Source: Haplodiscus bocki
Lineage: Eukaryota
Length of the DNA stretch: 64,000 nt
Assembly: GCA_965655095.1 (NCBI GenBank)
Contig: OZ296649.1
Coordinates: forward strand, 64,294,001 to 64,358,000
Reading direction: 5' to 3'
The notes below the pieces were generated by a model. That model ran no database searches. It was not told the DNA's origin and saw only the letters and a program-made list of their open reading frames with translations. Below are positions 24,040-35,267 of the stretch, one piece after another (the first letter of the stretch is position 1; the number at the start of each line of letters is the position of its first letter). The translations under genes and the position numbers were made by a program.

Positions 24040-24810
24040 CTTAACTCGTCTTCCTTGCCAAGCAATATGTACCGTCACCAGCAAACAATATAATTGTCGG
24101 CTCTTGGTCCTTGAAAGGAATATTCAAAACGTGGCAGCAGGTTTTCAAATTTTTGCAGTTGTAGAAACTAGACGCTTCATTGGTTGAAATGTGAACACAC
24201 TTATCATTTCTATATGTTGGAGAATGCACATCTCCACTGGTCTCTTGTACCTTATTGTCCTCACACAATTCTTGCATTCTATATTTGGTTGATTGAAATG
24301 GGAATTTGATGAACAATTGTCTGTCGGGTAACAAATTCATCCTTTATTAGCAATGAAAAGCGTTGTTTTGTCTGTTTTTGTCGTCTTTACGTGCTCTTGT
24401 AACCTAAAAAGGAACTTTGTCAACAAACAACCACGCTCAGCATTTTCCACAATCATAAATGGATCTCGGAGTTGTTACATAACCGTCAACAGATTCGCAT
24501 CTCTCTCTGTTGAAACAATACTTGCAAGAACAAAACACATCTCCAAAAACATCTTGAATTGAGTTTAGATTCTCTTCAAAAATGTGAACCGCTTGGCCAA
24601 ACGAAAAGAAAATGGAATTTCATTGATCTTCAAAAGGAAAATTGCGCAACTGCCACACAGTTTCGCATTCCCGACATTGATAATCGTTTCTGCTGAGAGA
24701 TTGAAAAGTCTTTTTGAGCAGGCAAAGTTTACCCAAACACAATACACGTCCCCAATGAGAAAAAAGGTGCTTTTGTCATACTCACAATCAGGGGTGAATG
24801 AGCTACACAT
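24040..24810 (-). pseudogene. Cys-rich Maverick cargo gene(s), frameshifted
   Basis: ORFs 24565..24897 and 24041..24340 plus intervening frames contain CGSC, CGKC and CKNLKTCCH. Confidence 0.4.
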
Positions 24811-25425
24811 CGTAATTGCTCTCAATTTGGTCACACTTCTTTGCAACATTATATCCGTTGTAGAGATGGTGAATTTCGAAATGGTTATGGTTGACAATTT
24901 CTGTTAGAATAAATTGATTGCCGTGTAGTTCAATTTTTTTGATGGAACATACGCAGGAATTGTTTTTCCCAAATTGGAACATAAAACACGTTTGTTTATG
25001 TGGATGTTCAATGATATCGTTATAGTAATGAGTAAGGAGATTGTCTTTTGACTTTGTAGATCCAATCTCAACTTTGGGCTTCGGTAGGGGAATCTGTACT
25101 TGCTTGCTAGAGTGATTCAAAAAATTGAGAAAGTCGCGTGGACTGTCGACCAAAGAAGTGAGTGCTTTATAGAGATGTTTAGCTCTTCATGAGGGATAAA
25201 ACGCTGCTGCGTCTTTAAATTGCAAAACTGGAACAACTTGATTGCAAACAATTTTTTGTTGGAACCTCTGCTATCTCGCGCTATTCGATACTTGGACTGG
25301 GAATTGTCAAGAATGTTGTGGTAAAAAAAACTATCTACGTCGGTTTTGTGCAGAAACTCCTCAGGTATTTCTTCGTAAAATGAATAAAATTTGCAGAAAC
25401 TGGGAAAATGATTTCTGACAGACAT
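24803..25425 (-). pseudogene. Second two-repeat cargo gene, possibly PC4-like
   Basis: ORFs 25117..25428 and 24803..25153 join by a frameshift. The halves HNILDN...FAIKLFQF...EELNIS and NDIIEH...SIKKIEL...TEIVN are mutually similar. Confidence 0.45.
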
Positions 25426-25499
25426 CAATTTCTTTTAGTCAGTAAATTTTGCAAAATGAAATTATTGAAGGTGCAGCGGTAAAATTATTGCGGATTTCG

Positions 25500-26340
25500 A
25501 GTTTCGAACAAAATATTGATTTTAGCCAATCAGATTCAAACATATCTCTTTCGATAAAATGTTATGAAGCCATGGTTTAGCGGTTAAAAGCTTTGATTGG
25601 TTCACTAGGTAACGAGAAGAACTTACGTTGATATTCCCATGAATCGGAAGTTTTTGACTTCTACACTACACAATCTGTACAAAAATTAATTTTTGTTCCT
25701 CATATTGAAGTTTTTGTGATTGACAGCTGAAACCTAAAAAAAGCAAGACAAACAAATTACATTTCTGAGCCAAGCTGTACAGGGAAACTCCTTCCCCTTG
25801 AGTATTTTTCTGAGGAAGGCTGTCTCCGTAAAAGGTTAAATTGTTCCAATAGAGTAGTTTTATCAGACAAGTTGTCACCTTGCCGAGGTCATTTGTTCCA
25901 CTTGCGTAGTTTTATCAGACAGGCTGTCAACCTGTCGAAGGAATTTGTTCCACTTGAGCACTTTTATCACTTTCGCTGCCCCGGACTGCTTTTCTTTTTG
26001 AAAAAATTTCTCAGGCAACCTGTCACCACTTTAGGGGTTTTTGTTCCACATGAAAAAGTTTTCACAGACAAGTGGTATCAATACCTTAATTAAAATTTTT
26101 CTGATATAACGTCGGTTTTCAAGACAAAAAAGAATGATTCACAGCTCTTGTGGTATTTCCTTCTATGGTTAGTCTCACTTTTTGTGGTTGGTCTCACGTT
26201 CCACTGAAGTTTCCGTATATGGGAAAAATTATTTAAAATACTTCCTGCAATTTTTTTGCCGTTATTTCTTTTGCATTGCTACAGCCAAGTAGCTTCAAGC
26301 TTTAAATTCAATTTGATTCGTTAAACAACTTTCAGTGAAA
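25500..26340. promoter_or_regulatory. Putative divergent promoter region with ~52-bp direct repeats
   Basis: Lies between the minus-strand block and pPolB. Has CCAAT boxes (~25525, ~25596) and AGTTTTATCAGACA...ATTTGTTCCACTTG repeated twice plus a partial third (~25856-26075). Confidence 0.5.
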
Positions 26341-29300
26341 TGCCCTTGTTAATCCCGAAAGAAAAAATTACATTGAAAATTGTCGTACCCGACCTGCAAG
26401 AAACACTATTGTACGGCACCAGAAGAGTTTTTGTGCTGGTACAATGTTTTGGACCCACTGTCCCGTTTTCTCTACAAAATTCCAAAATGATCTAAATTAT
26501 CATATTGCTAGGAAGCACAGCATCCGAAATCTTGATATTACATTCAGTTTTAAACTTTGTTATCAAGAGTTTTCAGGATTTCACGCTCTACGACAACATA
26601 GAAACGCCCAGCATGGCTTTCCTGTCAAGACAGCAAATGTTGATCCGGACGAAGTTGATGATGCGAAATTTAAAGAGGAGTTGCGCTCATGTCAACATTC
26701 ATAAATTGAAAGAGCGAGACACAAAAGTTTCAATTATGCAATAGATAACTTCAATGTAAAATTTCTGGACGAGAAAATTAATCGCTCTTTCAGTCACTTG
26801 GAATGCGCAGCGGAAGCAAATCTATATTTTGGATTCATTTTGGAAAACTTTGAAGTTGGAAGTTACAGATATTTTCAAGCACGCGAGAACAATACACTGC
26901 TGTATCGATCCAAACTGGTGTGCATCAAGGAGGACCTGACAAAACTAAAATATATCCTCATCAAAACTCACGTCATCAAGTTGTGTACAGGGGAGAGGAT
27001 GAATACAAATTGGAGATTCTACAAATTGATGAACTTAACTGGGCTAAGCTCTTTCCTCAAAGACGTATCTTCGGGCTGCAAGGATGCTGTCTTGCCGGAA
27101 CGTCTTCTAAAAAACCACAAAATCAACTCTCTCACGTTTGAGCAGAAGACAAAACAGCCATATAATGACAACTTGTGTCTTTTTTGTGCATTTGCTCTAT
27201 ATTAACACGGGCATCAAAAACTGGAAGCAGAAACGTCAAAAACTTTCATTGCATCCATCAATCAGATGGATCGATCAAAAATTAATCAGCTCCAAGGAGT
27301 CCGTATGAACGACTTTCCCGTAGCGGAGGAAAAAGATACAAAGAATATTCATTTGGATGATTCAAGGGAATATTATTAGTGCACTAGCAAGACGAAGTTT
27401 GCAGAAATTTGAAAATGCTGCGCGATTACTCAGATACAACAATAACAAATGCTATGTGAACAATATCAATGCCGTATTAAAATCTTTTTGTTGCCCCAGT
27501 TGTGATAATTTCTTCAACAAAGCGTCAAATTTGGAGCGTCATGAAACGACATGCAGAGATCGTGTTGAAAATTTGTATCCAAAAAACTTTTATCAATTTC
27601 GAGAAACTCTCGTTGATAAATTTTTACTGTCTTGGAAGCACGTACACTAGTGAGCAAAAACTCTCCAAAAATTTGGCTGTTTTCGATTTTGAATTGGTTT
27701 GTATTGAAGAAAACAGCCTCAAAGACACAAACACAACAACATGGATAGGTAAACAAATACCAATATCACTATCCATCTCCTAAAATGCTATGAAAAAGCC
27801 GCTTTTTCTCTGTAATTCTGACCCTCACTATCTTGTTGCGTCTTTTATTGGAGTGCTATAGGGACTCGCTTTGCAAAGTAAAGCACAAACGGAAGTGATG
27901 TTTCCTGATAATGAAACGTAGACAAAGATTCGATTGGGTAGCATTCATGAAAAATTGAATCAACGCCAGAAACAGGAGCGAACAATTGAAGCTAGACGAG
28001 TGTGAAGATGAAAAGTGCGCCTCTACTCAATTCGTGCAGATGCAAAATAATCAGAGATATGACTGCAAAAACAACTAGAACGTCATTGTAATATTTTACC
28101 AAACTTTCGCTTCAACAGTTCAAAAAACGACCTCAATTCAATCAAATCTTATCTGTTACCGATTCTCACCAATGAACGCGACATCGAACTTACTGTTATC
28201 AAGAAACCCAGTCAGTTCATCTCATTCAGGTTTGGCGATATTCGGCTTTTGGATATAATGAAGTTTCCTGGCGGAGCGACGCGTCTTGATTCATTCTTGA
28301 AAGTTTACAAAACCTCAGCGACCAGAAGTCATTTCCCTTACGAATGGTTTGATGACGCTGAAAAGTTGCAGAAAATGGAACTTCTTCCATATGATAATTT
28401 CTTCAGTAAACTGCGCAGTTGCAACCCCCTCGAAGCAGAATACAAAAAGTACGTGAACCTTTTGAGAAATGGAAGGACTACAGATCAAGCTGTGACTAAA
28501 TTAAACCTAACAAAACCGCCACCAACTGAAATCAAGAACTATGAGTACCTGCAAAAAGTTTGGCAGCGAGAACAATTGAGCACGTTCAGAAAAGTTTTGC
28601 AATGGTAGAATAACGAAGACGTTGTTCCTATTTTGGAGGCAATGCGAAGAATCATTGCCTTTTACCACGGCAAAGACATTGATATGCTGAAGTGAGGTTG
28701 CACACTTTCAAACCTGGCTAATATTTGCCTGCACAAACCAACAGACGCTAATTTCTACCCCTTGACTCAAAGAGATGAAGATTTTTTGGGGAAGATCAGA
28801 GAAGAAGTTGTTGGTGGTCCATCTTCCGTTTTCACACGCAAAACAGTTGTTGATGAAACCTTTAATCGGATATCAGAAATTATTTGCAAGTCCATTAGTG
28901 GAATTGATTCTAGTCAACTTAAAACATACTCAGTTTGTCAACCCATGCCGTTGGGATCTGGATCCAGAAACCAAGATTCACACCTCTACAAAACAAACTC
29001 GTAGCTTTGAAAAAATGGGCATGTCCTTCTTGCAACGACAGACACCTGAAAGTAAAAACGAAAGTTTTTATACAACTGGTAGACAGAAGAAAACTGACTC
29101 CTTTAGTGTGGCTGGATTTTGATCACACACTGCTGTACAGTATTTGAAGCTATGGGTTGCTTTTGTCATTTCTGTCATTGCCAAGAAGTGCGGCCGTTGC
29201 TGACTGAAGAGGACATGCAACGTGGAACTGAAAAGAAAGACCTTGATACGCTCAGACGAGACTACATTCAAAAAAAAAGATTTACTGTAATAGAAATTTG

Positions 29301-30540
29301 GAAATGTGAATGGTTGAGACTGTTGAAAACAAAGAATGCAATGAAACAGCATATTCGGGGCAAGTTCCCCTACAGAGTTTCGGTCAGATATTTTCAGCTC
29401 CTGAATGCAATAAAGGAAAGTACATTAATTAGCTAAGTACGATGCGACCTTCAAGTTCATGAAAACATGCAAAACAAATTTACCAGTTTCCTGCCAATCT
29501 TTAAAAACCTTTTCGTCAGAAAAAACGATATAAAGGATGTTATGCCGACCAGGAAGGCTTAATATCTATACCTCAGAAAATGCTGATTTCCAGTTTTTCA
29601 CTCAACAAAGGAACACTAATTACTCCGTTTCTCGTAATCTATCTGGATTGGGGTCTGGTCTGCACAAAAATATACCGCTTTGTTGAATATATTCCAAAGA
29701 AATGTTCCAACGACTTCGTGCAATCAGTACTCGACAAAAAGAGGAAAGGGGATGAAAATCCAAATTCCAGTGTAGTCGCAGATACAATGAAATTGCCAGC
29801 TAACAGTACATATGATTACCAAAAAATGGATAGGAGTCGACACACTGTGAAAAAGTATCTTAGTGATGAAAAGACGCTAGCAGCCATCAACAACGAAAAG
29901 TTTAAACGTTCCGACTTTTAAATGAACAGTTATATGAAGTCGAGCTTGCCAAATCTGAGATTGAGCACAGAGAACCAAATAATATTGGGTTTTTCAATCT
30001 GCGGTTGAGATTTTTGGAGCTGTAATACACCTTTTTGACAAGTACATCGATGTTACAAAGTATAAGGAGATAGAAAAGAATACAGAATCGCTGTATTCAG
30101 CATTGGCAGAGCAACACTTGTTTGATTGTGTTCGGCCAGAAATGAAGGAACACTGGGAAGGTTTGCGAAGTTGAGACTCCACGGATTTATTTTTGCCGAT
30201 GAAACAAGAAATTTTTTGCCTCGTACTTACTGCGCTAAGCAAAAGAAGCATAATAAAAGAGAACTTGGACTTTTCAAAGAAGATTTCAGATGTACTGAAA
30301 TGCTATGTTTATGTAGCAAGACTTACTGCTGCTTTGATTTTGGTTTCTACAAGTCTAAATTAAGCAGTGAAACACTCAACAAACGGATTTTGGAACAGAG
30401 CGGTGGTGGTCCATTGGAGAAAGATAGGAGAGTTCTAGAGGAAAAAATCAAAATTACGTCAACAAAAAGAGCTTTTGCGAACACAAAACTATGTTGTTGC
30501 AATTTATGAGCCAACCAGGAGAGGGCTGTGATTGTATCTT
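26340..30540 (+). pseudogene. Protein-primed family B DNA polymerase (pPolB) with N-terminal zinc fingers and a VSR-like insert
   Basis: ExoI AVFDFE (~27680), ExoII FNSSKNDL (~28111), FPYEWFD, IREEVVGGPS, motif A GIDSSQL, motif B KLPANSTY (for KxxxNSxYG), motif C NTESLY (for DTDS). Numerous stops and frameshifts. Confidence 0.95.
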
Positions 30541-30619
30541 GATGTATCCGTTAAGTTTTGCACAATCTAATTAAATTTTCAAAAATTTAATACACTCTTT
30601 TTACATAACAATAAGTCAA

Positions 30620-31721
30620 ATGAGTATCCACACGCGTGAGGGAAAGTGACTGACAGCTCCCCTTATGGTCAAAAATTCCTTTTACGGCTGGTTTTTCCTT
30701 TTATGGTCTTTCCATATATGGTACATTGTATTCGGTAACTCTTGCTACATATATTCGACCATTTTTTCTTCTGCACTGCCACATTCAGGTTGCTAAAACC
30801 TTCACGTATATTTCAAATTTTACCGTTGAACTAATATACCGCAGTCCAATACATTACCGAATTATACCCCTTTTTAAATCATTTCCGACCAATTCCTTTC
30901 ATAATATATTACCGAACGATAACCCATCTTAACACGTTGCCGAACTATATCCTGTCTCAATAAATTACCGAACTATACCCTATCTTAGTACATTACCGAA
31001 CCTTACCCCTTTCTAATACATTGCCGAAGTATCTTTTCACAAGGCTTTCAGGCACAACAGTATCCGCATGCGTAAAAATAACCGCAAGCGTCATAATTGG
31101 TCCGCGCCGTAATAATTATCCGCGCGGGCGGGCCTGCAGGAAAAACTCAGTTCAAAAAAAAATTTCGAAATGGTGTCACAGTGCCGAAATTGAGCCCACT
31201 CCCTACCTTTTTACATTCAACCGAACTATACCCAACCTTGATACATTGAGCGAAACTTTACCCTATTTTAATACATCGAGCCGATTTGTACCCAATCTTA
31301 ATACATTGAGGCGAACTATAGCCTATCTCAGTACCCTGAGCCAAATACACTCGGATTCCAATCTCGTCAGCTAATCAAGTTCGAGTATTACGTCAGCCGA
31401 GTCGTCAGCCAATCGGAATCGAGTATTACGTCACAAGAGAGCTCTCAGCGGTAAATGAAATTCAAGTGTTACGTCAGTCTAGTCGTCAGCAAATCAGAAT
31501 CCATTATTACGTCACCCGAGAGCTCTCGGCAGCCAATCAAATTCGAATAATACGTCACCCGAGACGTCAGACAATCAGAATCGAGTAATACGTCAGCGGA
31601 GAGCTCTCGGCTAGGGTCAAGCTCCCTTCTGGGCTCTCGGTTCGAGTCAATTCGCTATAGCCTATCATAATACATAACGACCTCAACCCCCCTCGCCTGA
31701 TCAACTCACTCTTCTACTACT
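30620..31721 (-). repeat. Maverick right TIR
   Basis: Reverse complement of the left TIR with the same arrays. Ends in ACTACT at 31721. Confidence 0.95.
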
Positions 31722-31879
31722 CTTTTGGTTTTCATTTTGCTGACGGGTTTTACTTTTTCTAGATTTTCTTCAGTTTTGATCAGCACTTTATGAAAAACAA
31801 AATGCTCGACTACTTCAGTGGTTTTTGTTCCAAGGTCATCGAAATCAACGACTTTTCAAAAACAAATTACACTACCAAC

Positions 31880-32325
31880 TGAGAGTGGTAGCATAGGAGA
31901 TCGCGGTGGTCTGGAGGGACAGAAAGATTTCGAATCCACAGTCGTGGGTCGCAACCCCGGTACAAGATATATTGCTTACATTTTACATGTCGCAATATGT
32001 AGGAAAGAAGAGTTCGGAATCCACATTTCGTGGGTTTGAGCCCCAAATTAGGCTGTTTATTAATTTTCAACACAAAAAGTACCAAAAAACTATCAAATCG
32101 AAAAAAAATGGAATTTCAGTCCAACTTGTTTTCGTAAGACCCTCCTATAAACTTTAACCAATCACTAGGTAGCGGGTTGCAGTTTCAACAAAAACGATGT
32201 TCTTCTAATTAAAACCATAAAATGAACCAAAACCTTTTTCTCCACAAGGCAAAATCTACTCGGTCCTCTGAATATTTTGAGCTTTGTGGCCGGGGCCGAC
32301 TTGGGGCATTCCCGGCTGTTTGGAA
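31880..32325 (+). repeat. Dispersed repeat with two tandem tRNA-like (A/B-box) units
   Basis: B-box-like GGGTCGCAACCCC and GGGTTTGAGCCCC. Downstream sequence and the GGCCGACTTGG...CCCGGCTGTT end match the copy at ~48620-49090. Confidence 0.55.
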
Positions 32326-33116
32326 TTAGTCCAACAATTATTCTTCGGTAGAGAGTCTCCTTTTTTTGCAGTTCAGAAAAATTACAAAATCTGTGTCTTG
32401 TGGCTTTGCCGCCCTGTCAACTGAATTTGTAATTGATATTCTGCAGTGTTAGTTTTTTTCCGGACGACTCAAGGAAAAAGCATCGTGATGTGTTATACAA
32501 TTTTCATAATAATGTATTTTTTCTTGGAAGTTCGAAAAACCAGGACATTGTTTGACTGAATGCTTTGAGTTGATCGAATATGAGCTTCCTGATCAGATGT
32601 TTTCACTTTTGCTGCTCAATGTTACATACAGTTTTGCCTCTCAGTTACCAATCAGGTCTATTAGTCTCGATGTTTAACTTGTTACTTTGCTGTTATTATG
32701 GAAAACATACGACTCACTAGTGGTTCAATAAACGTTGTTATCGTAAATTGGGTGAACTTTTGAATGTGTGGTATGAGGCATGATTGAGCTGCAGTAGAAG
32801 AAAGTTTCACCGTCAATTGTGGACAATTTTGTTTAGATCATCAGAAGTAGCATTCTCTACTACCATTAAACGCTTTCCCATTTTTAAGCTTTAGAAGCAG
32901 AACATCTTTATTTAAAAGTGCAACCAATGCAAGTTCGGTCTTTACGCGAAGATTCCTTTAACGCAATAATGTTTCATGATGTTAGTTTCCAGAAGCAGTT
33001 TCGAGTCATATTTTTTAGTGATTATGCTTACGTTATGCTTCATGGGTATACTTTTTTGGTTCCGTCATGAGGCTACCCAAACCAATTTTCAATATTGCTA
33101 ATCAGATTAGTGTCCC

Positions 33117-33435
33117 TGTTGGCGCCAGAGACATGGAAAACAACGAAACTTGAAAACTTATCTGTCTTAGCAAAATTGTTTGCTGATTTGAGTTGACCCC
33201 AAAATGAAGTCCCAACAATTGTCTTGCAAGTGGTAATCTCATTTTGTCGTTTCCCGGCTTTTTTGTCACTATAAAAAACAGTGAAAATTACTCCTGACAC
33301 TACCCTCACCTTGAAATCAGTCATGGTTGTCCCCTAATGAGGCTGGAGACAAACACTTATGACAAAACCTGATAATCTCCTGTTCTTTCGTTGTGCCAAG
33401 TTTCAACCCAATAAGACACATAAAAAATTAATTTC
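33117..33435 (+). repeat. BEL/Pao 5' LTR (3' end approximate)
   Basis: Starts TGTTGGCGCCAGAGACA and aligns with 41386-41709. AATAAG lies near the end. Flanks GTCCC / GTCCG are a possible 5-bp TSD. Confidence 0.7.
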
Positions 33436-35267
33436 GTCCGTTGGGACCTCCTTCAGAAGTTTTTTTTTGCTTAGTTTTCTGCGTTTCAGATCAACTTTAG
33501 TGCAAAACTTCATTTTGTGGGAAAAACTTGGACCAAGTCTGCTTCAAGCTATCATAATATTTGTTGCAACGACCCATTTTAACTATATTTGATACTTTAC
33601 GTTGAAAAAAATTGTGGTTATGATTGGATTTACCTAAAGAAAATTGGTTCTCCTATGGCGTGGTTCCCTGATTCCTGTACATTTATCCCGTTGAAATTGT
33701 TTTTTACGCCACACCTATGTCAATCAAAAGCTCTGGCATTCATTGTGCTTGCTGGCAAGCCACGAACGTTTTTGCGTTGCTTCATTGTTTGAGTTGTGAA
33801 GGTATTTTGAACTTTGATGAAAAGAAATTTGTCATATTCTCACCTTTTTCCAAATAACAAGTAAATTCTTTCTTTTTCAATTCTTTTAACCCCACTTTTT
33901 TATTTCCCGAAACCGCTTGTCAATTTGGATCCTGGCCACCACCAAGCCACTTTTTATTCATGCTTTATAACTTTCGAAACTTGTATTATTGTTGTTGTTT
34001 GCTATTTAAACAATATGTTCTGGTAATCATTTAGACCGATTTGAACAACGCTAGGGAGGGGTTGATAGTTAAATTGCGATTTAAATTGTTTAAAATTTTC
34101 CCAGTTGGGCGCTAAAGACAGAATCTAATCATAGTTGGGACTATTTCTACCAAGATTGTCCACTCCGAAAGAGTTTTGGAGAAAAAAATCGTCGAAGCTA
34201 CGAACAGCTATCTAGTCGAGCTATTTCAGAATCAACCGAAAACAAATGGAAGACAGAGTCGCTCCAAATTCTAGAATCCTGTTTTGCTAGTGGAGAGCAG
34301 GACAAACCAGGCACCGGCAGAAGCTCGAATCTGTTGTTAAGATTCTAGTCAGTCGCTATCTTCTCTCTTGCATTAAGCTGGATTTTCGTTATTCAAATCT
34401 CTCTCAGGAAGTAAACAAAGGAAATAATTGCGATAATCTGGGACGGAGAAATTGTCTGCCATTTCCCTTTTATTGTTTTTCAAATGCTAATTCCTACAGT
34501 TTTTATACTTCAAATAGTGAGCAACGGAATATCATTGATCTCAGCTGAAATGAATCATCGTTCTGTCTCCATTTGGTTCTGTTGTTGTGCCTAATAGTTG
34601 TGATAAAGTTATTAAATAGTTTCATATTGTGATGCCTCCAAAGAAGGTGAACCAAACGAAAACTAGTGTATCAGACGAAGTGTTCACTGATGAGGATGGC
34701 AAGAATCACTTGATAGAGTGTAGCGGACCTGGTCAAGATGGAAATGGATGTGTGGCATGGGTACCAGTCTGGCTCCCTACACGACTGTCAAAAAATTTCA
34801 TTGAGCGACCCTTTCTTTGTGGTTACTGTGCTTTTACGGAAGTTGAAAACTTGCGGAAGGAAGCTCATGGTGATTCAAAAGTACAAGAGACTAGGCTCTC
34901 AAATTTGTTTTTATCGGATGCCAATGAGCAATACGGACAAAAAGAAAATGTCAGATTATTTGGTGCTGAAGAGCAAACAGGAGAGGATGTGTATCTGCAG
35001 GTTGTGGATGTGGTGAAAGGAACAGGTGTTGAAATTTGTAAGAGTGATATTAGTGTATGCCATCGTCTCCCTGCAAGAGGACAATCGATAAACCTATTAT
35101 TGTGAACTTTGTCCGGAGACAAACAAAACTGGCATTGATGAAAAAGAAAAGTAGTTTGCAACATCAGTCAGGTAGGCCTATCTATATCAATGATGATATC
35201 ATTCAGCTGGGGGCGCGTCTTCTAAAATCGCTCAAAGAAAAACCGGATGTCAAAGCTGCAAACATGA
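33436..35267 (+). repeat. Near-identical duplicate (offset 8273) of 41710-43540, including LINE 5' region and ORF1
   Basis: ORFs 33589/41862 and 34629/42902 translate identically. Identity ends at GCAAACATGA (35267/43540). Confidence 0.95.

Larger units (their letters stand above)
13255..31721. mobile_element. Full-length, pseudogenised Maverick/Polinton (polintovirus/adintovirus-like element), 18,467 bp
   Basis: Termini AGTAGTGGAAGAGTGAG... and ...CTCACTCTTCTACTACT, long TIRs, and flanks CTCCTG / CTTTTG (6-bp TSD, 4/6 match). Contains the pPolB, INT, ATPase, protease, major and minor capsid gene set. Confidence 0.97.

Noticed and set aside
19800-25430. Envelope/fusogen gene as in nematode Mavericks
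   Set aside because: No long signal-peptide or Cys-rich ectodomain frame is visible; cargo ORFs are all short.
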